64,000 nt of DNA from Octopus sinensis (Eukaryota), in assembly GCF_006345805.1 (NCBI RefSeq), contig NC_043010.1, forward strand, positions 5,890,001-5,954,000. Reading direction: 5' to 3'. Shown one piece after another: positions 1 to 13,804 of this stretch (positions are counted from its first letter, which is position 1; every line of letters begins with the position of its first letter). The position numbers were made by a program, and so were the translations under genes. The notes under the pieces are model-generated. The model worked only from the letters and a program-made list of their open reading frames with translations, made no database searches and had not been told where the DNA came from.

Positions 1-2032
1 CCTTCGATTCTAATCCTTGTTTCCACACCTGAAACTTTTCCTCCAGTTCTGATAGTGACTCAGCAATTAGAGCAAGGTCATCAGCATAGAGGAGCTCCCA
101 GGGGCAACCTGTCTTGAATTCCTCCGTTATTGCCTGGAGGACTATGATAAATAGGAGGGGACTAAGGACTGAACCTTGGTGGACCCCAACCTCTACCCGG
201 AATTCTTCACTGTACTCGTTGCCAACCCTCACCTTACTAGCAGCGTCTCTGTACATGGCTTGCACAGCTCTCACCAACCATTCATCTATCCCTAGTTTCC
301 TCATTGACCACCAGATAAGGGATCGGGGGACCCTGTCAAAGGCTTTCTCCAAGTCAACAAAAGCCAGGTACAAGGGCTTATCTTTGGCTAGGTATTTCTC
401 CTGCAGCTGTCTTACCAGGAATATAGCATCAGTAGTACTTTTCCCTGGCACGAACCCAAACTGCATATCATCTAAGCTAACTCTCTCTCTAATTAGTTGG
501 GCTATAACCCTCTCCGTAACCTTCATTACCTGATCCAGCAGCTTGATGCCCCTGTAGTTATTTGTCTCTAGGGCGTCGCCTTTACCTTTGTAGCAGTTGA
601 CTATTATGCTGCTACACCAGTCATTGGGTATGACCCCCTCGTGTATCACCTGGTTAACTATACGGGTGACTAAGCTATAGCCGACACCACCAGATATTTT
701 GAGCATCTCTGCAGTAATTCCTGATGGGCCTGGGGCTTTCCCTGTTTTCATGCTTCTAATTGCCTTATCTACTAAGGAACTGTTAACTCGGATTGCTGGT
801 CCCTCTGTTGGGTCGACATTCGGCAGACTCTCTTTATCCCATTCATTTTCTTCATTCAGCAACCTATCATAGTGGCGTCTCCAAGCTTCTCTCTTTGCAT
901 CCTCATTTAGCGCAAGTGAGCCATCCTCCATGCGAACACATTTCTCTCCTACCACGTCACGATTCTCTCTCACACACTGTCTTGCAACACGAAATACCTC
1001 AAGTCTTTCATCCTCACGACGCAGGACATTGGCAAATTTTTCCTTATCTGCCTCCCCTCTGGCTAGATAGACCTGTCTCCTGGCTTCCCTTCTGGCAGAC
1101 TGATACACTTCCCTGCTACCACCGTTCTTCCAGGCCTTCCAAGCCTGTTTCTTTTGTCTAATAGCCCTGTCAACAATATTGTTCCACCACCACGTTATTT
1201 TGGGTCTTAAGGGGACTTTGCACCAGCCACAGATCTGGTCAGTGGCTTTCAGCAGGTTGTCCCTCAGAAGCGTCCAGTTGTCTTCTACCCCATGCGTAGC
1301 TATACTCCCTTCCATTTCGTCTAAGGCTTCAAATAACATATCTCTAAATCTCTGTCCATTCGCAGGGTCTTTAAGCTTCCAGACCCTTCTTCTCCATGTT
1401 GGTCGTCTTCTAGTCGCCCTCTTAGTCCTGATCCTAAAGTCACTAACTACCAGTCTATGTTGTGGGGTGCATTCTTCACCTGGGAAGGTTTTGGCATTTA
1501 TAAGCAGCCATCTTTCCCTTTTTCTGGCAAGGATGTAGTCGATTTGGCTAGTATGCCGGCCCGATCGGTAGGTGACCAGGTGGCTTGTCGGTTTCCTGAA
1601 GTTAGTGTTGCAAATCATAAGACTATTCGCATCGCAGAACTCCAGCAGCTTGGTTCCCTCCTCGTTGCGGGAACCATAACCGTAGCCTCCATGCATGCCA
1701 TGGAAGCCCCCAGCACATCGTCCAACATGCCCATTGAAGTCACCAGCCACAAAGAGAAGGTCCCTCTCGTTCGTCAATGATGTGGTCTGCAGTAGGGTGT
1801 CATAGAAACAGTCTTTCTGTCCATCAGGTAGCCCTGGCTGAGGGGCATAGGCCGATATAATAGTTGCTAAACTATGATGGAGCACTAATCTAATCTTAAT
1901 TATTCTGTCACTTACTCTGACTACCTCGATTACCTTATCTACCCATTTTTCAGCGATAAGCATGCCCACACCCCCGACTCCGTCAGTATTCCCAGCCCAG
2001 AAAATCTTGTACCTCTGTCCTTTGCCTGTGAT
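1..2032 (-). mobile_element. RTE-clade LINE, 5'-truncated, uninterrupted ORF (APE endonuclease + reverse transcriptase) running off the window edge
   Basis: Manual translation 2032->2 gives 677 codons with no stop. Motifs: ISAYAP, VAGDFNGHVG, SQIDYIL and QHRLVVSDF (endonuclease); KAPGPSG, NYRGIKLL, QFGFVPG, FVDLEKAFD, GVHQGSVLSP and LLYADD (RT). It is absent from the ORF track because it has no stop inside the window. Confidence 0.93.
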
Positions 2033-2060
2033 GTGTAATTATGTATGTATGTATGTATGT

Positions 2061-2372
2061 CATCATCATCATCATTGTTTAACGTCCGCTTTCCATACTA
2101 GCATGGGTTGGACGGTTCAACTGGGGCCTGGGAAGCCCGAAGGCTGCACCAGGGCAGTAAGATCTGGCAGTGTTTCTACAGCTGGATGCCCTTCCTAACG
2201 CCAACCACTCCGTGAGTATAGTGGGTGCTTTTTACATGCCACCGGCACAGGTGCCAGACGAGGCTGGCGAACGGCCACACTCGGATGGTGCTTTTTACAT
2301 GCCACCAGCATGGAGGCCAGTCGATGCGGTGCTGGCTACGGCCACGTTCGGATGATTCTCTTATGTGCCACA
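2061..2372 (-). mobile_element. RTE-tail/VNTR retroposon (GAT-tailed family)
   Basis: Contains ggatgcccttcctaacgccaaccactc, two ggtgctttttacatgccacc repeat units and a (CAT)n tail. The same family recurs more than 12 times in the window. Confidence 0.8.
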
Positions 2373-2484
2373 GACTGTGTGTATGTATATACATACACAC
2401 ACAAGCATAAATATACATATCTTTATCGGTCACTTTCTCTGTCTTTCTCTCTACGTTCACATGCTTTTAAATCTTTTATTTTTG

Positions 2485-2651
2485 TCTGTCATTTGACTGC
2501 GGCCATGCTGGAGCGCCACCTTAAAGGGTGTTAGTCAAAGAAATCGACCCCCACGACTTATACTAGTACTTATTTTATCACTCCCTTTGCCAAACCGCTA
2601 AGTTTCAGCATCAGCTGTCAGGCAATAGCAGTGGGGTCAAACACACACACA

Positions 2652-2687
<36 letters not shown>

Positions 2688-2828
2688 AAGCTTCTTCCAG
2701 TTTCCCTCAACCAAATACATTCACAAGGCTTTGGTCTGCCTGGGGCTATAGTAGAAGACACTTGACCAAGATAGCATGCAGTGGGACTGAACCTGGAAGC
2801 TTCTTACCACACAGCCATGCCTGCACCT
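2485..2828 (-). mobile_element. tRNA-derived SINE, degenerate copy
   Basis: 3' end gtcatttgactgcggccatgctggagc and head ...gggactgaacc...accacacagcc, as in the full copies at 4225, 39211 and 58105. Confidence 0.75.
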
Positions 2829-3899
2829 ATATATATATATATATATGTATATATATGTATATGTTCATATTTATAAATACATACTCATATACACAAATGC
2901 AAACATACATACACAAGCACATCTAGATACCTATGCATATATATCTATGAAGAGATTTTCTCTGAGCTGAAAACTGTGTATATATATATATACTATTAGT
3001 ATCATATGCAGATGTACATATATGTATGTATATATGCATATGTTTTATTTATTAATTTATTATATGACGGAATGCACACATCCATTTCTAAGTAAGATTG
3101 TTCTTGATATTAATAATGATGCGCACTCTTAACCTTTCTGTCCCCTCCCTTTCTCAGCCTTCATTCTTTCTGGTTTCCTTTTCTTCTACCTTACTGTCTC
3201 TCCCTCTCTCTCTCTCTCTCTCTCTCATTCTTTCTGGTTTCCTCACAACCATTCCCTTTCTCTTGCTCCTCCTCCTCCTCCCGTCGTTGACCCGCGACGA
3301 GAGCTCTGCTACTGCCTTTCTGGCCTGGCGTCCTTGAAGTGTGGACGGCATTTTCTGTTGCTCCTTTGCCGTTCTCAAAAATAGCGTTCGTAATACTTTT
3401 TCTCGTTCGGCTTAACAGCCCTTCTTGTCTTGTTATTCTCCTTGTCCTGTCTTTTACTGTTTATATTTTGTACTGTCGTTACTGTCCTGGTTTTGTTATC
3501 ATTTTTACCCCTCCGCAAAAAGATCTCAAATTTTATTTAACTTGATTTTCGCGGGAAGGAAAGTTTCTATCGAAGATGTGTATCGCCTTCACCTTCGAAA
3601 CGTGGAGTAGATGAAACAAAGGCGACTGAAGAAGGGGAATTTTCCTTGTGTTATTTGTCCTGTACTCTATTTTTTCATTGTTTAAGAAAAATGTCCAGTT
3701 CCTTGGTTTTGTGTTTGTTTTCATTTCTCATTGTGTTCGACGTTTTTTTGGTGTCCTGTACCCATATATGCCTGTATATATACATGTAGAGGTAGGTACA
3801 TACATATATGTATGTATATATGCATATGTTTTATTCATTTATTTATCATATATATATATATATATATTAAAAATGGGGAAGGCCAGTTTATGGGATTGC

Positions 3900-4210
3900 C
3901 TTAGTTTCCCATCCATAAAGGGTTTAGTTTTATGGTGTATCATCAGATCTCAAAAACCTGTTGGCCCATGACCCCTTAAAAATATGGAGAAGGCAATGCC
4001 CCACTACTCAGAGGTAACAATAGGTGATTTTCTCTCATTGCTATTGGCTATCATCTTCCAGCAGTGTGCGGCCCCATACTATAATGAGTCCCTAGCTGCC
4101 AGCAGATTTAGGGACTGCATCTCCTACATGCTGGAACCCAATTACCACAGAAGGAAGCACCACCAAAATATCATTTGGTTTGCCCCCCACCCCCACTTCT
4201 CCGTTAACAC
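3900..4210 (+). mobile_element. Penelope-like element relic (RT C-terminal region)
   Basis: ORF 3984-4319 contains AAPYYNESLAAS and HHQNIIWFAP, resembling the PLE segment A.PYY..AL..SG...RNIIWFNPP between the RT and GIY-YIG domains. Confidence 0.55.
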
Positions 4211-4224
4211 AAAAACACCTCTTT

Positions 4225-4624
4225 ACTCTTACTCTTACTCTTTTCAGTCATTTGACTGCGGCCATGCTGGAGCACTGCCTTTAGTCAAGCAAATCGACCC
4301 CGGGACTTATTCTTTGTAAGCCTACTACTTATTCTATCGGTCTCTTTTGCCGAACCACTAAGTGACGGGGATGTAAACACACCAGCATCGGTTGTCAAGC
4401 AATGCTAGGGGGACAAACACAAACACACACATACACATATATATATATATATACATATATACGATGGGCTTCTTTCAGTTTCCGTCTACCAAATCCACTC
4501 ACAAGGCATTGGTCGGCCAGGGGCTATAGCAGAAGACACTTGCCCAAGATGCTACGCAGTGGGACTGAACCCGGAACCATGTGGTTGGTTAGCAAGCTAC
4601 TTACCACACAGCCACTCCTGTGCC
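4225..4624 (-). mobile_element. tRNA-derived SINE, near full length
   Basis: Sense head ggcacaggagtggctgtgtggtaagtagc...ggttccgggttcagtccc has A- and B-box-like motifs, then cttgggcaagtgtcttc, a TA/CA microsatellite and an AAGAGT tail. Confidence 0.85.
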
Positions 4625-4834
4625 TGTGGGTAGAATATTCCTAAAAATTAATAGATAAGCATTTCACTCCTTTATTATTAGTCACTTGGTTAAATATCCA
4701 AATAACTAATCAATTGCTTGTTTAATTCAGATAAATGAATAATAAAGGAATGGAATTGAACCAGGGTGTGTGTTAATATTGGCATAATGACGCTCCCCAG
4801 ACACAACACAACAACATGCATATGTGTGAGTGTG

Positions 4835-4880
<46 letters not shown>

Positions 4881-4884
4881 TATA

Positions 4885-5091
4885 TACACAATATAAGAGA
4901 GTGTCCACTATGTGGTCGACTCTTGCGCTGAAAATAGATCTGCTATGGTCTCAACCACCAAGAATTGTTTCCAAGGAGAATCAGCACAACTATGAACGTA
5001 AACGGAAACAATTCTTGGTGGTTGAGACCATAGCGGATCTATTTTTAGCACAAGAGTCGACCACATAGTGGACACTCTCTTATATTGTGTA
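4885..5091. repeat. Fold-back inverted repeat (88-bp arms, 31-nt loop), MITE-like
   Basis: 4885-4972 is the reverse complement of 5004-5091 with 3 differences. Confidence 0.9.
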
Positions 5092-6348
5092 TTAATTTTT
5101 ACTGTATCCCTGGTTTTTATGCGCTAAACCACTTGGTGTTAAATTGATGGTATTATTAAATTAATATCCAATTTTTTCACCCTTATTTTTGATATGTATA
5201 TATATACATACACACACTAGCTGAGTATCCTGTCCTTGCCTGGTAGTTTCCACAACATATTTTTGGAATAACACCCATAAAAGTTGAATTTTCTTTATTT
5301 TTACAGACACTTTTCAAATTTCTTTTTCTACTACACCCTTGCAAAAGATGGTGGTGTGGGGATGAAAAATGTTTGAAAATTTATGAATTATCCTTCCCCA
5401 CTTCCAGACCAATTTTTTTTCCCTATAAACATATTTTTCTGGAATGATTATGGTATGTAAGCAACAACAAAATTAAAATTTGTAATTTAGATTTTTAATC
5501 CCTACCCTGCATCAAATGAGTCTTTGTGTGTAAGAAAAAAAACATATTTACTCACAGAAAAGAATGCTATTAAAATAAATTATCTTTAACATGCCTTTTT
5601 TTAAATCACTCTGTTGTCCTAACGAAAATTTCTTACACACATGCATACACACACACTGACAAACATGCTCACACTCAGTGTGAGAAAGTGAGAGATTGTT
5701 ATAAACATATATGTGTAGAGTGTGAAAGTTCACCATAACAAAAGCAAAAAATGAAAGAGACTGGGTGGGGGGGAGAGAGAGAGACGGACAGACAGACAGA
5801 TCTTTGCTGTTGTTGTCACGGATTTCGAAATTTTTTAATTAAGTGAAAATTTGCAAAATTTGGTATAGTGATGTACTTTTCCACACTGAATCTGAGTTGG
5901 TGATTCATTTATTCCAGAAAATCTTTTGAAAAATATTACAGAGGTTTAAAGTTTGATAAATTTTATCCAATCAGAAAAGAAGATTTGTGCATAATGGAAG
6001 TAAACATTAAAAGACATGGTTTAAACAAAGAGAGAGCAATGCTTGAGTTAATATATATACAAAGAGAGTGAGTGTCAAAGAGTACGTAGATATATACGGA
6101 TATGTTTGGTGGTGAAAGATGGAGAGTGAGAGGGTTGTTGATCTAAAAGTAATTTCATATAGTAAATTATATTTTTCATGGTTATGGACAACATTTTCTT
6201 TGGGATGCAGACTTCAAAAATCAACTTTATTTTTTCAAAGGATGCACCATTTCAGAGCCTTTCTAGGCTAAACACTCATACATAACCAAATGCACTCACC
6301 AAATTTATATAGTAGATATAAATACATATACATATGTGTGTGTGTGTG

Positions 6349-6725
6349 TTGGGCCATCTCATAATAATGCAATTTTTTTATACTTCATTTATTTTTCAAA
6401 ATTAAGATAAACAAAATACTTTTTTAATCTAAAATATATTTGCCTTCATTTTCTACAATGCTGGCACATCTATCTGGTAGACTTGCAAGGCCTCTCTTCC
6501 AAAATTCACTTGTCCGTGATGATAAATACTCCTCCAGTACAATTCTGACCTCCTCTACAGAATTCATATTTTTGCCATCCAAATGATTTTGAAGACTGCG
6601 GAATAAATGATCAGATGGGACACTATCTGGCGAACATGGTGGATGGGGCATCGTTTCCCATTCAAACTGCTGTACTCTTTCGCCACAGCTTCTCTCAACC
6701 AGTGGGGTGGCGTCCTTTGAAGGCT
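6349..6725 (-). mobile_element. mariner transposase 3' fragment with terminal inverted repeat remnant
   Basis: Translates KDATP...VQQFEWETMPHPPCSPDSVPSDHLFRSLQNHLDGK...WKRGLASLPDR, matching mariner HDNARPH and PHPPYSPDLAPSDYHLF motifs. Confidence 0.88.
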
Positions 6726-6814
6726 AAAACAATGCGAAGCGCATTGTGACCAGCGATGTGTAGCAACATCTGATAGCCTGGTCGGTCACGTGATCACATG
6801 ATATATGCGTATAT

Positions 6815-6980
6815 ATGTATGTATATATATATATATATAGACATATGTATATATATATACACACACACACATATATATATACACATATATACACACATAT
6901 ATATATATATACACACACACATATATACACACACATATATATATATACACACATATATACACACACATATATACACACAC

Positions 6981-7015
<35 letters not shown>

Positions 7016-7137
7016 TATATATATAAATGTATTATGTATATATATTTAAATGTATATATGCATAAGTATATATATGTGTGTGTATATATATACACACACA
7101 TATATGTGTGTATGTATAAATATATATATATATATAT
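6815..7137. repeat. Compound (TA)n/(CA)n microsatellite
   Basis: Direct reading. It accounts for the YIYI/THTH ORFs. Confidence 0.95.
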
Positions 7138-7140
7138 TGT

Positions 7141-7385
7141 TGTGTCTGGGCTGAGTCATTCTTTTAGAGCCTTACTATTTAACACACTCACCGGTTTAGT
7201 TTCCACTCATTTATTCATTTTTTCGAAAATTTTCGTTGTGTCTTGCAATCTTTTCAATAGGGAGAGTCAACGACTGCAAGACAATGAAAATTTTAGTAAA
7301 AAATGAAGTAAGTGAGTGGAAACTAAACCAGTGAGTGTGTTGAATAATAAGGCACTAAAAGCAAATGACTCTCCCCAGACAACAA
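7141..7385. repeat. Imperfect fold-back element (~120-bp arms); a shorter relative lies at 59185-59335
   Basis: tgtctggg..gagtcatt..aacacactcaccggtttagtttccactca pairs with tgagtggaaactaaaccagtgagtgtgtt..aatgactctccccagaca. Confidence 0.8.
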
Positions 7386-8189
7386 AATATGCTTCAACAC
7401 ACAAACTCTTGCAAACCAAATCCCAAAAGGATATATATATATATATATATATCATCATTGTAATGACCACTTTTCCATACTTGCATTGGTTGGGCAGAAT
7501 TTATTGAAGCAGGTCTTCCTGTCACCAACTCTATAGAAGACAATGAAAAGGCTTGAAATCAAGCTTCTTAACTATGGAGTCACAACTTTAAACACATCTG
7601 AATTTATATTGAATTTTAGAAAGAAAAAGTCAACATAAAAATATTCAAATTTGATATCATTTATTCATTTATAAGAATATACATTAACATACCTAAAACA
7701 AAATGAAAACAATGATAAAATAATAGTCAACATAGTTTGAAATTTGTATGACATGAAATATACATCAGATATATGAATAAAATGCTGCATTTCTTAATCA
7801 TCTTTTGTAAATAGATGATTGTGATTACATGTATGTATATGCAAAATATATATATATTGTTGTTCTTTGAGAGGATAATGCTGCCAATGAAAATATGTAC
7901 AGACTAGTAGTTCACTTTTGTATTGTTACTTATTGAATGGTTTACCAAAATTTGTCACCACCAACTCTAGACTTCATTTCTTTTTTTTAATTTGTGCATA
8001 AGTATGAGTGTAGGTCCTGGTGGCAGGGTTTGGTGTTTATGAGAAAGGACAGAATTTGTTTGTGTTTTTTTTAATCCTTTCTTTTTGTAAATACACACAC
8101 ATCTTCCCCCATCCACCCTTACACACACACACACACACGTGTTGCTGCACATCACCTGGGATAGTAAATTGTTCCATGTGGCAAACTAA

Positions 8190-10050
8190 TTTTCTAGTAC
8201 CTTGTTTTTGTGGTGATGGTGCTGTGAAGATGGCATTTATGTTTAAGTGTGCTGGTAGTGAAGGGGTTTGTTGTTACTCCACTCATGGGAGAGGATAGGA
8301 TTCGAATTCTACTTCCAGTATGTGCACTGCTTCAGTGACTTGTCTAATGCGCTGGATATTGTGGATGGACAGTGAGAATTGAATGAATTTTCATTTAGAT
8401 GTTTTTGATCCATTGTATTTATGCAGGTATATTGGTAGTGTATAGATATTAGTCTCCTTTCATTGCCTTCTCACAAAGTTCTTCAAACCTTTCATCTATA
8501 CTACAGACCATTTCTCCAATATAAATTGCACCAGCACATTTCTATACACCTCATGCAATACACTACATTGCTAGTTTTGCAGATTATCTGTGGGTTGGCT
8601 CTACACACCCTGCAGTTTTTGTTAGTAAAGCAGTTTTTCAAATAGATATGACCTACTAAATAATGGCTTCATGTATAGACTTCCTTTCTATTACTTCGCA
8701 TCTCAGCTGTTTCATGCTCTGCTTTTATGAATTCACTCCTGGGTGCAGCATCTCTAAAAATTACATTCTGAAACACCGTGGGCCTAATTAGCCTAATTCT
8801 ATTATCTATTCCTTTCTAATTCGCTCTGCTATATGGAACATATGCATATTTTATTCACATCATTGCTGAGCATAATTTCAAACATTTTCTTGGTTCTTTT
8901 GTATACTCTGAGTCAGTTCTATCCAAAGAATTGTATGTGCTATTGTACAAGCTTGCTAAGTCAGTTTATTAGGAATGCTTATTTTTATGTTATCTAACAT
9001 AGTGGAGCTCTGGTGACCAAGATACTTCAACAGATTTTGCATAATGTGAATGTGAAGATCTTTCATTTGTTCAGGTTTTCAAGCAATATTTTAATATCCA
9101 AAATGTCTTTTATTGTGGATACTGGATGGATAGTAAATGATCACCTTGATACTTTCGTGGATGGAGTTTGCTCTATGCTGAATGTTATCCATGAATATCC
9201 TTCTGGCAGAGAGTAACAAATATGGTTTGAGTCATTTTTACATATCAAAAGTACAATATTTCAGTTAAAATTCTTTGTTCAGTAGTCATATCACTTATTC
9301 CATGTCATGAAGAGTTTGGCTACAACTGATGTGAAAGCACCATTCTCTTGAATAAATAGTTCACTGCTGAATTATATTATATACAAATCTCGAGTCAATT
9401 TTAAGCCAGTACAAACAACACATCATTACATTTCATATTTGATCAGGATTCACTGAGATTTACTTCATCCCTTAATGTATATTAGAAAAGAGGTCTTTTT
9501 TTTTTTTTGGTTGAGATGTTAGTGGAAGATCTACCTTATTTCTGTCAGGTAGAGTAAAATACTATTAGGTCATGTCTGTCAAAGTAATCATTATCACATT
9601 TGAATTTTAGGAGTCTTAGCTTGTTGACATCACAAAATACCACATTGCTTTCACAAAGCCATGTACAGTAAAATCTCACTATGGAAAAATCAACATCGGT
9701 AGATTGATAGAAATATAGATAATTCACCTACACTTTTTTGGTAAGGAATTCTGTAAAGTTGCAGAAGTAGTTGAAATAATTCATCCTGCTGAATGTAGTG
9801 CATGTATTGTAACCGCCTGGACATTTTGTGAGTGTACTAATCATTGAGGAAATATGACACCTCTGTGCAGGGCCAACATCTCCAGGAACTACAAGCTAAG
9901 GTGAGTGACCAGAGTTAAATTTATGACTGTTTGTGGTGGGAATATTGATAGTGGATGGGAAGTTGTTTGCAATTTGTCTTCCCAGGGTTCAGAATACCTT
10001 TGGCAGAATAACCATCCTAAAGTATAACAGTGTCTATTTCAACACAGTTT
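8190..10050 (-). mobile_element. Heavily decayed Penelope-like retroelement (RT + GIY-YIG)
   Basis: Broken-frame peptides TSVVAKLFM and SIHESIKV (RT), CKTSNVVYCMRC..IYIGEM..ERFEE and RQVTEAVHI (GIY-YIG) appear in the expected order. Confidence 0.6.
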
Positions 10051-10434
10051 CACATCACAAAATCTTGCAAATGCAGATATGAAAAAGGCACATGTATTTT
10101 TTTTTATGTATAGATACAATTTATAGAATTACTCACACAAACATTAACTCATTCATTCACACATGCAATAGTTTGTTGTATTTCATTTTGTTTTGTTTTT
10201 TGTTAGACTAGAAAGTAAGTGTTTTGTATATGTTTATGATATAAATGTGTACAATGTAATGTGTAGTAATAAAGATATAAAATTTATACCTGTGAGTTTC
10301 ATAAGAGCCAGCCTCATTTGGGCAAATGGAACTAATCAGTTGGCGAAAAGTAAATGAATGGTCTAAATTTGATTGATTCTATTGTTTTGCAAACTCAAGT
10401 TTCATTCTCAGTGCATGTCAGGATATCTTCTTTA

Positions 10435-10632
10435 ACCATTTAATATTTAAACTGGTTATAACTGGTTCAAATAGTCTGTTTTATGTTCAAACTAGCCAGA
10501 TTTGGCTTCACATACCTATCCTACAATGTTATTCTAAAAATATACAATCACATCACCCACATTGCATAACTACTTCAAAACAATGTGAATAGATAAGCAT
10601 AACATTTGATAAACTAATCTGAATGGATTAAT
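10435..10632. mobile_element. Degenerate MITE with TTAA-type ends
   Basis: Begins ttaaccattt and ends atggattaa, resembling the TTAACCCTTT...AAAGGGTTAA element at 57934. Confidence 0.4.
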
Positions 10633-13600
10633 TGCTTGAGTATGCAACACCAGTTCAATATAGGTTCAGATTCATCTTGTGTGACAATATGAATCTTTTC
10701 TATGAAGCAGAGGTAACAGAAACTCAACCTCTTTTCCTTGTTCATTATTTTATATTTGTTTTTTCCTCCTTATCTCTATTTCTAAAATATATCTACAAAA
10801 TCACCCAACAAATGCATTATTTGCTTTTAAGCCACTGAAAGTACCTTCAACTGGAATATAAACTGGCTGCATATGTAAATAAGGAATAAGTTTTAAATCT
10901 CAATTACACACATAGAGATGTGTATGTGTGTGTGTATGTATATATGTGTGTGTATATGCGTGTATTTATATATATATGTATATATATGTGTGTGTATATA
11001 TATATATTTCACATATAAATGTGTGTGCAAGTGTTTTTTAGTTCAGGGTTATGATAGATATTACAAGATAAAATATCAAATATGTAGTCAACAATCGGCT
11101 GATAAAACAGAACAGTTTTTCTGAAATTGTCACGGTTTTGTTTGTGAACATATAAGGAATAAAAATGATGTAAAACCAATATAAATTTGATTAAAAAAAC
11201 TGTAAATGGTTATATAATTTTGATTATAAATATTTATGCTCATAAAATATTGTAAACTGTTATATAATATTCATTATAAATATTTAAATGCTTGTGAAAA
11301 ATATTGTAAATGTATATAATTTGAATTGTAAATATTTAAATGCATAGAAATAATAGGTTGGGGGTTTTCTTTTCATATTTTTGTTCAATAATCTTTTGTT
11401 AAGCAAAAATGGTAATTATAAAAACAATAGGCAAAATATTCCAAAATGGAGGCAAATTGTAAAAAAACATATGAATGCATATTTTACATTTTTTTTTTAA
11501 AGCAGAAAGCTTTTGATCAAAAAGCCAATATGATGATAAAAATATGGGGGTTGAATTTCCTCTAAGCACTCACTCTTTATTTGATTCCAGTCTGTATTCT
11601 CAATCCAAAACTGCTTAAAATATATAAACATACATTTTCACATTTACCTTTCAGTCCTGGTTTATCCACCATTAAACAGAAACAATTGAAATTTTAACTT
11701 CAATTGTATTATATATTTGATACATTTGGTAAGTTAAGCATTCAATTGCATATATATAAAAAAAGACTAATCATTCATCAAAACCTTCTGCATTCCAACT
11801 AGATCAATATATATATATATATATATATAAGGCAGGTAAAAGTCTCAAAATATAAGATCCTTAAGATGGTATGGAAATAATGGGGATAAAATTTTGGTTT
11901 TGATTAGTTCATAATGAAACAAGGATGGAAGACTTATAAGAGTTATATGCTTAGATTAAAAAAAAAAAAAACATTATGGATAGAGGAAATGAAGATAGTA
12001 ATAAAACGGTTACAAATGCAACATCATGTCCAACTTGAGATTAACTCATATGAATCAACATGAAGTTAGAGAAGACTAGTTCAAATAAAAGAAAGCGCTC
12101 TTTATAATACTCTCAAAGTAATATAGGAGATAAATACAAAACGGAATTCATATGTGTGTGTGTGTAGTAAAATTTGAAAATCCCAAAATAGAAAATGACG
12201 TGTGTAATTAATTGTTAAAGAGGTTAAGAATGCTAATGTTTGATTGTGTGAAGTTAAGGGATTTTCCAAGCTCCATTCTCTGAGGCAAGTCTTTGAGTAA
12301 CGTCAAAGTTATGTGGAATAGATAATGTATGAAATTTTGAATAATAATAACTGATTAAATATGTTTGAATACTTGATGGTTTTAGCAATAAGAAGTTAAA
12401 AGCAAAAAAAAAAATAAACGAGTTAACTGTCTGAAAGACTTCTACACACACGTGTCATACTTGGTAGGTTAATATTATTTTATAAATTTAAAAAGCAAAA
12501 AGAGTGTTTGTGTCATGACTGTTTCTCTCTTTAAATTTTAGTTTCGAGAGAAATATTTTCAAGAATATAATTAGTTTAGACCCACAACAAACATTTTAAG
12601 GGCTCGGATGGCCTTGCTAAAAGCGGGGTTAGTTTTGCTGGCTCAACACTCCTTTAATCACACTCATCTTTTGCCCATTTTGAGGCAGTGTCTTATGGGA
12701 AGATACCCATTCTGTCACCAACCCTTTTATTGGCCTCTTTTAGTAATAAGGATATGGTGTAGCTATTTTAAAACCGGGATACATGCGCTTTGGAATATTT
12801 TTTTTTTCTTAATTTCAGAAGTATAAATGACATTATTTAGTTAACACTATCATCAATGGTAATTGTAATTGCTGTAAATTTGAATCAGTTATTTGGTTGT
12901 GATGGTTTGTAACAAATAGCAGACAATTGATAGATTAAAAATGAAAAATAAATCAGAAAAATATTGAAAGACTATATTAAAAAAACCTCATTTATATTGA
13001 AATATATAACCTGAAACAGGACATCATGTACAGACTTTTACCTCTAGGAAAGCTGTTAAGTAAGATAAAATGATAAATTTTGTATTATATACTACAATAA
13101 AATGAGAGTTACTCATATAACTCCTGGTAACCTCTGCTTTAAATTAAGACTAATATCAACAGAGTAAAATATATGTTATTTTACATAGGGTAAGACTATC
13201 TTTCATCGAAGTCATGATTCATTACAAAAGCAGTATCATAAGAGAGACACAAGGCACTGGTGTAGATACAGGAGGTCTAATATAATAGACAATTGATCCA
13301 ATAATTTGCTGTGCTGAAATCCTATGTAATAGACTTGAAATAATGGTAGAAGAAATATCTTGTCTTTCTGAATGTTAGGTATTAATGATAACCATTTACT
13401 AAAAAAAACGTGTCTAAAATTACATCATCAAATTTTGCTAGCTTGCAGCTATAGCAACATTCTCCCTATATTTTTCACACTCAGATGACAGACAAGCACT
13501 TGTAGAGAAATTCGCTGAATTCAGTTAACTCTATGGATTCTGTTATACACCTCAAAGGCTTGATTTTTCTTTTCAAAACCAGAAAGTACTTCAGTCTGAA

Positions 13601-13804
13601 AAGCTATATATAACATTGTTTCATTTTGTAGTGGAGCAGTTTCTAAACACACCAGGTTAGAAAAGATTCATTCACCAACAACTCATTACAACTACAAACC
13701 CAATAACATTCTGAATTTTCTCTTTGCCCTTTCTTTGACTACAACAAATTTTGATCCTCTGACTTTGAATTTAAGATGAGAGTGAAAATTATGAGTTCAT
13801 TATC

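Noticed and set aside
114-1780. Plus-strand ORFs of 107-139 aa
   Set aside because: They are antisense shadows of the RTE ORF.
3560-3640. Permuted hammerhead-like pieces (ccttcGAAACgt ... CTGAAGAagggg)
   Set aside because: Stem II would rely on G-U pairs and no convincing stem I or III with an NUH site could be drawn.
9545-10050. LRR-like or novel-gene-like peptides
   Set aside because: They are better explained as out-of-frame pieces of the decayed Penelope RT.
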